Shown piece after piece: positions 1-7,477 of a stretch of 28,491 bases of DNA (positions are counted from its first letter, which is position 1; every line of letters begins with the position of its first letter). This stretch comes from Elusimicrobiota bacterium. Its GTDB lineage: Bacteria; Elusimicrobiota; Elusimicrobia; UBA1565. Location of the stretch: positions 1 to 28,491 of the forward strand of contig JBDRPD010000085.1 in NCBI GenBank assembly GCA_043827405.1, written 5' to 3'. Position numbers and translations under genes: made by a program. The notes beneath the pieces are model-generated. The model was not told where the DNA came from, ran no database searches, and saw nothing but the letters and a program-made list of their open reading frames with translations.

Positions 1-19
1 ACCCGATCTGGGCTATCAT
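1..19 (-). CDS. 5' end of a gene running off the left edge (MIAQIG...), product unknown
   Basis: Minus-strand ATG at 19-17 preceded by a strong Shine-Dalgarno GAGGTGA (30-24). Only 6 codons are visible. Confidence 0.5.
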
Positions 20-152
20 GTACTCACCTCGCGGGTGAAAAGTTTCCTGACTTCTCACCGAAATCTCGTCAGCACGGGACGCGAGGTCTTTTTATTGCTT
101 TCGGGTCTATTTGTCCAGGGCTTACTGGAGGATCAAGGAAAGTCCTCCCCCC

Positions 153-180
153 TTGCGTTTTTGCGTAATTCAGTTATAAT
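153..180 (+). promoter_or_regulatory. sigma70-type promoter TTGCGT-N16-TATAAT
   Basis: TTGCGT at 153-158 and a perfect TATAAT at 175-180 in intergenic DNA. Confidence 0.65.
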
Positions 181-195
181 AGCCTCGCAAGCGCC

Positions 196-229
196 AAGGA
201 CCCGCCGTCGCGGCGGGCCCTTTTTTTAT
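196..229 (+). terminator. intrinsic terminator-like hairpin or attenuator just downstream of the promoter
   Basis: CCCGCCG(201-207)-TCG-CGGCGGG(211-217), extended by AAGG/CCTT and followed by T7. Confidence 0.7.
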
Positions 230-264
230 TTGAACAGTTGGCGGAATTATCCGCCGGGAGGGCT

Positions 265-453
265 ATGGAAAACCTGCTCGTTGGACTAGTCGGCTACAGG
301 GCGACCGCGGACTTGGGACTTCCAGACGGCTATGGTTTCTTTTGCGTTCTTACGGGCGCCCTGTTGGTTCTCGTCGCGGCCTGTTTCCTGCAGGAAGTGT
401 CGGAGTCTGACTGCGTGGTCGAAGATTCGGAGGCCTGCGTACCGGAGATGTAA
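265..453 (+). CDS. small hypothetical single-pass membrane protein (62 aa)
   Basis: SD GGGAGG just before ATG 265 (preferred over TTG 238). Hydrophobic segment FFCVLTGALLVLVAACFL and an acidic tail. Followed by a terminator. Confidence 0.55.
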   Translation: MENLLVGLVGYRATADLGLPDGYGFFCVLTGALLVLVAACFLQEVSESDCVVEDSEACVPEM

Positions 454-481
454 CCCCGGCGTCCGGCGCTTATGCCCGACT

Positions 482-512
482 AAAAAGGACCCGCAGACGC
501 GGGTCCTTTTTT
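482..512. terminator. bidirectional intrinsic terminator
   Basis: Perfect inverted repeat AAAAAGGACCCGC(482-494)-AGAC-GCGGGTCCTTTTT(499-511). Confidence 0.85.
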
Positions 513-533
513 GATTCAATGATTTTGGGTCAC

Positions 534-932
534 ATGCGGTATTTCCATCTCCTGTTCGCGCTTATCATAAGCTGCAGCGCCTGCCGTTCTTCCGCGAATT
601 CTCTCGGTCCTGATCAGGCGGCCCGTCTTGCCGCGGATTCCACGGTCTTGGTGCTGGATGTGCGCACGCCGCAGGAGTATGCCGGAGGCCATATCCAAGG
701 CTCGACGCTTATGCCCTATCAGGCGCTGAATACGAATCTGCGCCTGCTTCCTGCCGACAAGAAGCAGCCGATTCTCCTTTACTGTCAGACTGGACGCCGG
801 TCGGCGCTAGCCGCCGCGATTCTCCGTAAGGCAGGTTATGGCGAACTCTATGACTTGCGCGGAGGGATCGCGGCGTGGGTGCAATCTGGGCGTCCTGTCG
901 CAAGCGGCCGCAAGCAAACGAATTCAAATTAG
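534..932 (+). CDS. rhodanese-like domain protein (sulfurtransferase), probably exported or a lipoprotein
   Basis: LDVRTPQEYAGGHIQG, active-site loop YCQTGRRS, and LRGGIAAW. N-terminal signal-like MRYFHLLFALIISCSAC. Start could be 519 or 534. Confidence 0.9.
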   Translation: MRYFHLLFALIISCSACRSSANSLGPDQAARLAADSTVLVLDVRTPQEYAGGHIQGSTLMPYQALNTNLRLLPADKKQPILLYCQTGRRSALAAAILRKAGYGELYDLRGGIAAWVQSGRPVASGRKQTNSN

Positions 933-2575
933 AATTCGAAGAGAATCCAGGGGCCGTAGTCTGTCCGGCCGCGGATTGCACGGTGTGGGGCGACGTTCAT
1001 GAAATGTTCGAGGTCGCGGCGCTGCACGGTTACGAAGGCCGACTGTCCGGGGGACGGCAGACCGCGGATCGTATCGTCGTTCCCGAAGCGGTGCGCAAAG
1101 CGTTTGAAACGTTTCGCGTAGTGCAGTTCGCCGATCCAGTTTACGACGTCCACCGGCCGTCCCGTATAGAACGGGATGCCGTGGAGATATTTGTTGTAGG
1201 CGAAGATGCGCGCTTCCTTCCCCCCCCGCTGATGCTCAATCCGGGCTCTCAGTTCCGTCCCCATACGTCGGACGCTGATCTCGTCGTCGAGATACGACGT
1301 GCCGCTTATGAGGAAACCCGTGACGGCGAGAGCGGACAGCGTCCCGAATATCATTAGGCGCTTCGTCTCGCCGCGGCGGCCGAAGTGCGCCAATGCGTAC
1401 TGCGAGGCGGCGAGCACTAATAGCAGAGCGGTCCCAACCGCAAGCAGTCCTGTCGGCAGGTCCAGGGGTAGTTTGAGGTGCGGGAGCAGTATCGGGGCTA
1501 TCCCCGCCGCCGCGATAAATAGGGCGCACAGCATGACGGCGGGCCGCATGACCCAGCGGTTCGCACGCACGTCGGCGGAAAGTCGCGCAGCCAGACGCGC
1601 TCCGAGCAGCGCTTGGTGCGCGAACAGAGGCAGGATATAGGTTATGAGCTTTGAACTGGATATTGAGAAAAAGATGAAGATCAGCCAAAACCACAGCACC
1701 AGCTGGCGGTCGCGCGCGTCCGTGTGCCGCCAGCGCAGCAAGGGTAATAGCGCCGCCGGTACCAGCAGCGGTGTCCACGGCAAAGTTCCCACGACATTGA
1801 CGCCAAAAAAGAAGTACCAGGGACCGGGACGGTTGTATTTTTGCGTGTCCAGGAAGCGCTGGAAATGCTGCTCGATGATGAAGACCTTGAAAAATCCGGG
1901 GTTTGCCCTCTCCATTGCCAGAAACCATATGCCGATAATGAGACAGAACGCGCCCGTCCCCCAATTGAGGAGCAGGCGGCGCAGTCGGCTCCGCATTTTC
2001 GGGAAGAAGAACAGCAGAAGCAGCGTCCAGGCGGCGGGAAAAACGACGGCGATCAAGCCCTTTGAAAGGAAGGCGGCGGCCATCGCGAGCCAGGCGAGGG
2101 TGCCGGACCAGCGGTCTTCGGGACAGCGGAGACAGCGCAGTATGAGGCCGGTCGCCCAGAGCAGGAAGACGCTCACCGCCATGTCCGGCGTAGTGAGATG
2201 GGCGAGTGCGGTGAACTGGGCGCAGGTTCCCAGCAATAAGCCCGCGTACAGGCCGATCCGCGGCGAATAGAGCCAGGTTCCGAGCCACCAGACGCCAAGC
2301 ATCCCGAGCACAGCCAATAATGCCAATGGCAGGCGTGAGGCCGCCTCGCTCACCCCGAACAGGTGGTAGGACATCGCCCCCAGCCAATAGATCATCGGGG
2401 GTTTTTCGATGTAATCGACGTAGTTGAGGCTTGGAGTGAGCCAGTCGCCGCTCTCGTGCATCTCGCGGGGGACCTCGGCGTAGCGGGCGTCGTCCACTTC
2501 CCATAACGGGTGGCCGAGGTTCCAGAAAGGAATGGTTAAGGCGACGGCAAAAAGCGCCGGCAGGACGCGTTTCAC
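929..2575 (-). CDS. arnT: ArnT/PMT-like (GT83/GT39) lipid-carrier glycosyltransferase
   Basis: DDARYAEVPREM, YIEKPPMIYW, FLSKG and SSSKLITYILP motifs with many TM helices. GTG start overlaps the upstream gene stop (GTGA). Acceptor substrate is not established. Confidence 0.85.
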   Translation of the reverse strand: MKRVLPALFAVALTIPFWNLGHPLWEVDDARYAEVPREMHESGDWLTPSLNYVDYIEKPPMIYWLGAMSYHLFGVSEAASRLPLALLAVLGMLGVWWLGTWLYSPRIGLYAGLLLGTCAQFTALAHLTTPDMAVSVFLLWATGLILRCLRCPEDRWSGTLAWLAMAAAFLSKGLIAVVFPAAWTLLLLFFFPKMRSRLRRLLLNWGTGAFCLIIGIWFLAMERANPGFFKVFIIEQHFQRFLDTQKYNRPGPWYFFFGVNVVGTLPWTPLLVPAALLPLLRWRHTDARDRQLVLWFWLIFIFFSISSSKLITYILPLFAHQALLGARLAARLSADVRANRWVMRPAVMLCALFIAAAGIAPILLPHLKLPLDLPTGLLAVGTALLLVLAASQYALAHFGRRGETKRLMIFGTLSALAVTGFLISGTSYLDDEISVRRMGTELRARIEHQRGGKEARIFAYNKYLHGIPFYTGRPVDVVNWIGELHYAKRFKRFAHRFGNDDTIRGLPSPGQSAFVTVQRRDLEHFMNVAPHRAIRGRTDYGPWILFEF

Positions 2576-3612
2576 GTGCGCAGGACGACCTTGCCGAACT
2601 GTTTACGTGCGGCGAGGTATTCCTGGGCTTGCCGTGCTTCCGTGAGCGGAAAGACACGGCTGACGGCGGGATGCAGCTTGCCGGCTTCGATGAGGGCTCC
2701 GATCTCGCGCAGCTCGGTCAGAGTTCCCATTTTGGCGCCGAGTATTTGGAGTTCCTTAAAGAATACATAGCGCAGGTCGAGGTCCACCTTGGGTTCCGCA
2801 GTCGCGCCGCAGGTCGCGAGCCGCCCTCCGGGGGCGAGCAGACGGACGGCGTCGGCGAAGATCGCACCGCCTACGTGTTCGAATACGATATCCGCGCCGC
2901 GGCCGGCGGTCAGCCGCTTTACGCATTTCGTCAACTTCTCGCTCCCGGTGTGTATGGTTTCATCGGCGCCGAGCTCCCGCGCGTACTCGAGCTTTTCCTT
3001 CGCGCTGGACGTCGCTATGGCCTTGGCGCCGAGAGCCTTGGCGATTTGAATCGCCGCCGCGCCTACGCCGCTGCCGGCGCCCACAACGAGGACCGTTTCC
3101 CCCTCTCGTACACGGGCGAGCCCCTTAAGCATGTGATATGCGGTCAGAAAAGTCAGCGGATAGCTCGCGGCCGCCTCGAATGTCAGGTCGGCTTTGGGAA
3201 AAGGCAGCAGATTTTTGACCGGCACCACGGCGATTTCCGCATAGCCTCCCCAGCCGCCGTCGGCGCCGAGAATCGCATAGCTCTCGCAGATATTGTCCCG
3301 GCCGCAGCGGCAGGCCCGGCATTCCCAGCACGATATCCCGGGAGACACGATGACTTTGCTGCCGACCGGGGTGCCGCCAAGTTCTGTTTCAGGACCGGCA
3401 GATATGATTTCTCCGGCGATGTCGCTGCCGAGGACGTGAGGCAGGTCGATCTTGTATGCCGGATTGCCTCTCCCGACGTGCAGGTCCAGGTGGTTGATGG
3501 AGCAGGCGCGGACCCGCACCAACGCCTCCCCTCTGCGGGGCGAAGGATCCGGGAGATCGCCGTAAATAAGCTTGTCGGGGCCGCCGAATTCTCTGAGGTA
3601 CGCAGCCTTCAG
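2572..3612 (-). CDS. zinc-binding alcohol dehydrogenase / quinone oxidoreductase (MDR family), probable CTG start
   Basis: SINHLD, PHVLGSDIAG, structural Zn site CWECRACRCGRDNIC, and GAGSGVG Rossmann motif. The frame extends 30 codons upstream of the ORF-track TTG as (L)KAAYLREFGGPDKLIYGDLPDP, a typical MDR N-terminus. Confidence 0.9.
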   Translation of the reverse strand: MKAAYLREFGGPDKLIYGDLPDPSPRRGEALVRVRACSINHLDLHVGRGNPAYKIDLPHVLGSDIAGEIISAGPETELGGTPVGSKVIVSPGISCWECRACRCGRDNICESYAILGADGGWGGYAEIAVVPVKNLLPFPKADLTFEAAASYPLTFLTAYHMLKGLARVREGETVLVVGAGSGVGAAAIQIAKALGAKAIATSSAKEKLEYARELGADETIHTGSEKLTKCVKRLTAGRGADIVFEHVGGAIFADAVRLLAPGGRLATCGATAEPKVDLDLRYVFFKELQILGAKMGTLTELREIGALIEAGKLHPAVSRVFPLTEARQAQEYLAARKQFGKVVLRT

Positions 3613-4142
3613 AAGACAGCCCTCTCTGAGTTGTTTTGACAGACGATGCAGTAGCGCGCGAACGGCAGGGCCTTGATGCGCAGCTTATTGATCGGTTTTG
3701 CGCAGTGCTCGCACAAGCCGTAGGTGTCTTTGTCCATCTTGCGCAGGGCGCCTTCGATCTGGTCGAGCAGGTTCCTTTCGTTGTCCGAGAGCTCGAACTG
3801 CAGTTCCTTCTCAACGAGCTGTCCGGCCTGGTCCGCTTCATCGCCGACATCCGTTGTCAGGTCATGGTCTTTGATCTTGCGCATAGCCTGCATCGTGGCG
3901 TTGCGCTTCTCGACGAGCATCCGCCGTATGGGACCCCATTCCGCCTTGCCGACGCGCTTGGTCGGCTTGAGCGGTTTGGGTTCCTTGGGTTTTTCGTAGC
4001 CGCTTTGCCGTACTATCTCGTGGGCTTTCCTTTTTGGGGAAGATTCGCTCTTCCTTCTTTTAATGCTTTTCTTCGCCGCGGGTTTGCGAGCCTTCTTCTT
4101 CGCGACTGATTTTACTTTCTTTTTATTTGTTTTCTTCTTCAT
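3609..4142 (-). CDS. dksA: DksA/TraR C4-type zinc finger protein with Lys-rich N-terminal extension
   Basis: Coiled-coil tip DEADQA (DxxDxA) and YGLCEHC...RIKALPFARYCIVC. SD GGGGGAG precedes ATG 4142. Confidence 0.88.
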   Translation of the reverse strand: MKKKTNKKKVKSVAKKKARKPAAKKSIKRRKSESSPKRKAHEIVRQSGYEKPKEPKPLKPTKRVGKAEWGPIRRMLVEKRNATMQAMRKIKDHDLTTDVGDEADQAGQLVEKELQFELSDNERNLLDQIEGALRKMDKDTYGLCEHCAKPINKLRIKALPFARYCIVCQNNSERAVF

Positions 4143-4172
4143 AAAGCGCTCCCCCACGCTCGTAGAGGCTAT

Positions 4173-4200
4173 AGTGTAGCAACTTCTTTTCTCCTGTCAA
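4173..4200 (-). promoter_or_regulatory. sigma70 promoter for dksA-dehydrogenase-arnT (TTGACA-N16-TACACT, extended -10)
   Basis: TTGACA at 4200-4195 and TGC-TACACT at 4181-4173. Confidence 0.75.
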
Positions 4201-4203
4201 GAC

Positions 4204-5751
4204 TTAGACTGTCAGCTTGTAATATCGCAGCGGCTGAGTGACATTCTTGACCTTGGCGGACAAGGGCCCTTTAAATCGCAGCTTTGGATTCGCGCGTACG
4301 GCTCGGCGTGCGGTGTCCATCACCAGCGTCTCCCGGAAGCCGGCGACGGCCTGCAGCCGCGCCGTTTGGTTCATCCCGCTGCTGAAGGCGGTGTAGTCCC
4401 GGTTCGGGCCGAACAGTCCGACGGCGGCCGGACAGAGGTGCACGCCGATCGCTACGCCCATGCCGGGGAGGCCGGCTTTGCGGACCAAGCGGGAATATTC
4501 AGGGCGGGAGCCCAGTTCGCAGGTATAAGTCTGCAGCTCCTGCGCCGTCCGCAGGGCGGCGGAGACGTTGTCCTTCGCGCTGCGGCGGAAAAACGGCGGA
4601 CCGAAGATGGCGATGACGCAGTCTCCTACCATCTTGTCGAATACTCCGTGGTGCGCCCAAATAATACGTACCGCCTCGCTGCTCCAGGCGTCGATAAAGG
4701 ATCCAATCTTCGCCGGCTCTCCCAGCGCTTCGCACAGCCGGGTGAAGGAGTTGAGGTCGGCGTAGAGGAGCGCGACCTTCGCGCTGCGGGGGGCTAGATA
4801 TTTTTTCTGGTAGTTCGCGTGCCGCAGCAGGGCGTCGATGGCCGGACGGCTGAAGTACTGCGCCAGGTGCCGGCGCTCGCGCCGGTAGTCAATCAGGCGC
4901 TGGCTGACGGCGTTGGCGAATACTTTCAATAAATCGCGGCCGAAGTTGTCCAGCCCGCTGGCTGTTGATATCGTTAGCTGTCCGAGGTGCTGCGTCTGCG
5001 TGATTCCCGCGATGAAGAGGGTTTCGATCGCGTATTGCAGATCGAGGGCGCGCGCGACGCGGCGGCGCCCGGGTGAAAGCAGCGCCAACCCGTCATCCCG
5101 AATCGCCTCATCGAGGGCCTTCAGCGGCCGGCCGGAGGAATGGTGGGTGCAGCGCGCGCGCCGGGATCGCGGCGAGTCCGCGTAGACTCGGTAATGCAGC
5201 GCGCGCGGCTTTTCATCCGACTCGTCGACGTGCAGGACTACGAGGCGCTCGAACGGGATCGCTTCGCGCAGTACGGATACCGCATCGTCGAGCGCGTCCG
5301 GAAAGATCGGCCGCGTGAGCGCCCGCGTCAGGCGTTCAACGAGATTCTGCTTGTAGTTCGACATCTGGATATTCCACAGGATCGCGTCGAGCTCCTCGCA
5401 GAATATCCGCACCTGCTCCGAGCGCTCCTTGGCGTCCTCTTGCGGGCCGAAGGCGAAGGCGGTCATGCCCACACGCAATCCGGCGACCTCGAGCGGCCGC
5501 GAGACCCATAGATGCTTGCCTATGACGCGGGCGGCGGGACGGTCGGGACGGTGGAGGACGTCAAGGGCCGGTCCTATCCCCCAGGAGAAGGTCTGATCGG
5601 TGAACTCTTCGTTGCGGGTGCGGATTATCGCGGCGGCCGCACCGAGATATTTCGCGGCGGCCGGTAGTGCCGTTTCCAGAGTCGATTTCAGATTCAGGTG
5701 GCGGCGGATGCACTGCTCCAGGAGTTCATCGACGAACGCCGCGAAGGCCAA
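4204..5751 (-). CDS. class III adenylate cyclase with N-terminal GAF-like sensory region
   Basis: LLYADLNSFT (metal Asp1), FDKMVGDCV (ATP-specifying Lys, Asp2), and DYTAFSSGMNQTARLQ (Thr, Asn, Arg). TTG start with GGAGG SD. No TM segments. TATAAT upstream at 5853-5848. Confidence 0.88.
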   Translation of the reverse strand: MAFAAFVDELLEQCIRRHLNLKSTLETALPAAAKYLGAAAAIIRTRNEEFTDQTFSWGIGPALDVLHRPDRPAARVIGKHLWVSRPLEVAGLRVGMTAFAFGPQEDAKERSEQVRIFCEELDAILWNIQMSNYKQNLVERLTRALTRPIFPDALDDAVSVLREAIPFERLVVLHVDESDEKPRALHYRVYADSPRSRRARCTHHSSGRPLKALDEAIRDDGLALLSPGRRRVARALDLQYAIETLFIAGITQTQHLGQLTISTASGLDNFGRDLLKVFANAVSQRLIDYRRERRHLAQYFSRPAIDALLRHANYQKKYLAPRSAKVALLYADLNSFTRLCEALGEPAKIGSFIDAWSSEAVRIIWAHHGVFDKMVGDCVIAIFGPPFFRRSAKDNVSAALRTAQELQTYTCELGSRPEYSRLVRKAGLPGMGVAIGVHLCPAAVGLFGPNRDYTAFSSGMNQTARLQAVAGFRETLVMDTARRAVRANPKLRFKGPLSAKVKNVTQPLRYYKLTV

Positions 5752-5873
5752 TAGCTCCTCCGCATGCCGATGCGCGCCTTTTGAGCGTTTTGTCGTGTCG
5801 CGTTGAGGGCGGATGGTCGTCTCCCGAAGACGGATAGGGTAAACGCCATTATAGCTTTTGCGCGGGGCGGGAA

Positions 5874-7472
5874 CTACTCGGGCTTCTTGAGGATGTTCTT
5901 GAATGTGGAGGAAAGCATCCCGACCATGTCGTCCTTCTTCATGAGGGCGGCCTTTAGCTCTTCGCGCTCATGGTGCCACTGCGCGAACTCCTTTTCAGTG
6001 CTTTCCTTTTCGCGCAAGACCCGGGCGATATGGTCCGCGAGAGTTTGACTCTGGGCGCGCAGATCCGAGTTCGCCTGCTCGGCCTGCAGCCGTTTGTCCT
6101 TCTCGTCGTTAAGGAGCTTCTGGAACTCGAGTATTTTTTTCTCCCACCTCTCCTCGGACGCCATGCGCTCGGAGATTTGCATTTGCACCTTGTCGGCCTC
6201 GAGCGTGAGCGCCTGCACGATCTGGTCGCGCTCGTCGGCCAGCTTTCTGTAGCGCTCTTCTTTCTGCGTCAGCTTATCCGCCTCGAGTTTGGCGTCGGCC
6301 TGCAGCGCTTGGATTTTGCCCTCCAAGGAGGATATCTGCTCGAGCCTTTGCCGGTCCTTGGCCCGCTCCGTTTCAAGTTGGCGGCTGACATCCATCAGGC
6401 TCTCGCCGAGGCTGCGCTCCACTTCGCGCCGCTCGAAAGTGTATTCTCGGAGACGCTCCGTGCGCTCGTTGAGTGCGTCCATGAGCTCGCGTTTCTCGGA
6501 TTCCAGATCCAGGATCATCTGGTCCTTGGCCTTGGCCGGCCGGGTCAGGATATCGTGCAGCTTCTTCGCGACGTCCTGGATGTTCGTAAGGGAGTCTCCG
6601 GCGTCTGCCTGCTTTTCGTTGACCGCGCCGAGGGACTCCTGAAGCTTCTGGATTTTTGCGTTAAACTGGTTCTCGAGCGCGATGCGGTCTTTGAGGGTCT
6701 CCTGGCGGACGTTGTGATGCAGTTCTTCCATCGCCTCCTGAAGCGAGGTCCGTTCGCGGTTCATTACGGCGAGGCGCTCCTGGTGTTCGTCGCGCTCGCG
6801 CACCAGGCGGGTATCGATTTCCGTGAGCCGTGCGAGCAGGCTTTCCCCCATCCTGTCCACCAGCGCCCGGAGGTTTTCGCGAACCGCCTTCTCTTCCGTC
6901 GCACGCCGTTCGGCTTCGGCGGGGATCATCTCCCGCAGGCTGCGGATCTCCGGCAGCATCCCGGGGAGGCCCGCCAACTCTTCTTTAAACCGTGCCATCT
7001 CCTGACGCAAATCCGACAGCCCGTCGGAGATCGCCTGGGCTTCAACGCCCGCTAAGGAGACGTCCGCTTCACGCTTTCCGATCGCCTGCTTGAGCAGCTC
7101 AGACCAGGATTGATGCATTTCATCGAGCCGCTTCTCCAGGGAGTCCACTCTGCCCCGCGAGGCGCTCTTGTCTTCTTCCAGCCGCTGGACGAGTTTTTCC
7201 TGCTTAATCTGCTCGCTGATCTTCTTGAGCTGGCTTTCCACCTCGCCGCGCAGGGCGTCCTGCTGCTTGAGTGCGTTCTCGGAAGCCTGCGAACGTTCGC
7301 GGGCTTGGTACAGTTCCCGCTCCATCAGCTCCATGCGGTTGCGCAGGTAGCCCATTAGCGGCGATTCGTCGCGGCGCAGCATGCCCGCCGGAGGCGGGAC
7401 CGGCGGCTTGGCCCCTCCGGGTCTGGGAGGCGCGGGCCGCTTCGGCGGATCAGGATTCTTGTCGTCGGTCAT
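5874..7472 (-). CDS. long cytoplasmic coiled-coil protein (about 532 aa) with Pro-rich N-terminus
   Basis: E/K/R/Q/L-rich heptad composition throughout. ATG 7472 lies 5 nt after the porV stop with GGAGG upstream. The ORF-track start at 7571 overlaps porV. Confidence 0.8.
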   Translation of the reverse strand: MTDDKNPDPPKRPAPPRPGGAKPPVPPPAGMLRRDESPLMGYLRNRMELMERELYQARERSQASENALKQQDALRGEVESQLKKISEQIKQEKLVQRLEEDKSASRGRVDSLEKRLDEMHQSWSELLKQAIGKREADVSLAGVEAQAISDGLSDLRQEMARFKEELAGLPGMLPEIRSLREMIPAEAERRATEEKAVRENLRALVDRMGESLLARLTEIDTRLVRERDEHQERLAVMNRERTSLQEAMEELHHNVRQETLKDRIALENQFNAKIQKLQESLGAVNEKQADAGDSLTNIQDVAKKLHDILTRPAKAKDQMILDLESEKRELMDALNERTERLREYTFERREVERSLGESLMDVSRQLETERAKDRQRLEQISSLEGKIQALQADAKLEADKLTQKEERYRKLADERDQIVQALTLEADKVQMQISERMASEERWEKKILEFQKLLNDEKDKRLQAEQANSDLRAQSQTLADHIARVLREKESTEKEFAQWHHEREELKAALMKKDDMVGMLSSTFKNILKKPE

Positions 7473-7477
7473 GTCGA

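Noticed and set aside
26..90. Known riboswitch (yybP-ykoY from CGTCAGCACG, or c-di-GMP-I from GGGACGC)
   Set aside because: Other diagnostic elements (GGGGAGUA/GAGACC for yybP-ykoY, GGCAAAC/GCAAAG for c-di-GMP-I) are absent. Kept only as an unassigned structure.
1236..2657. 473-aa alternative-frame ORF inside arnT
   Set aside because: Arg/Pro/Ala-rich with no motifs. A typical high-GC shadow frame of a gene with clear family motifs.
2629..3639. 336-aa antisense ORF, and likewise 5970-7055, 16099-17130, 18931-19596, 22333-23436 and 23680-24411
   Set aside because: These are antisense mirrors of well-supported genes, expected from codon bias, with no SD or domain evidence.
5752..5817. Possible ATC start extending the adenylate cyclase by about 21 codons after GGGAG
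   Set aside because: The frame is open, but TTG 5751 already has a well-spaced GGAGG. It cannot be decided without homologs.
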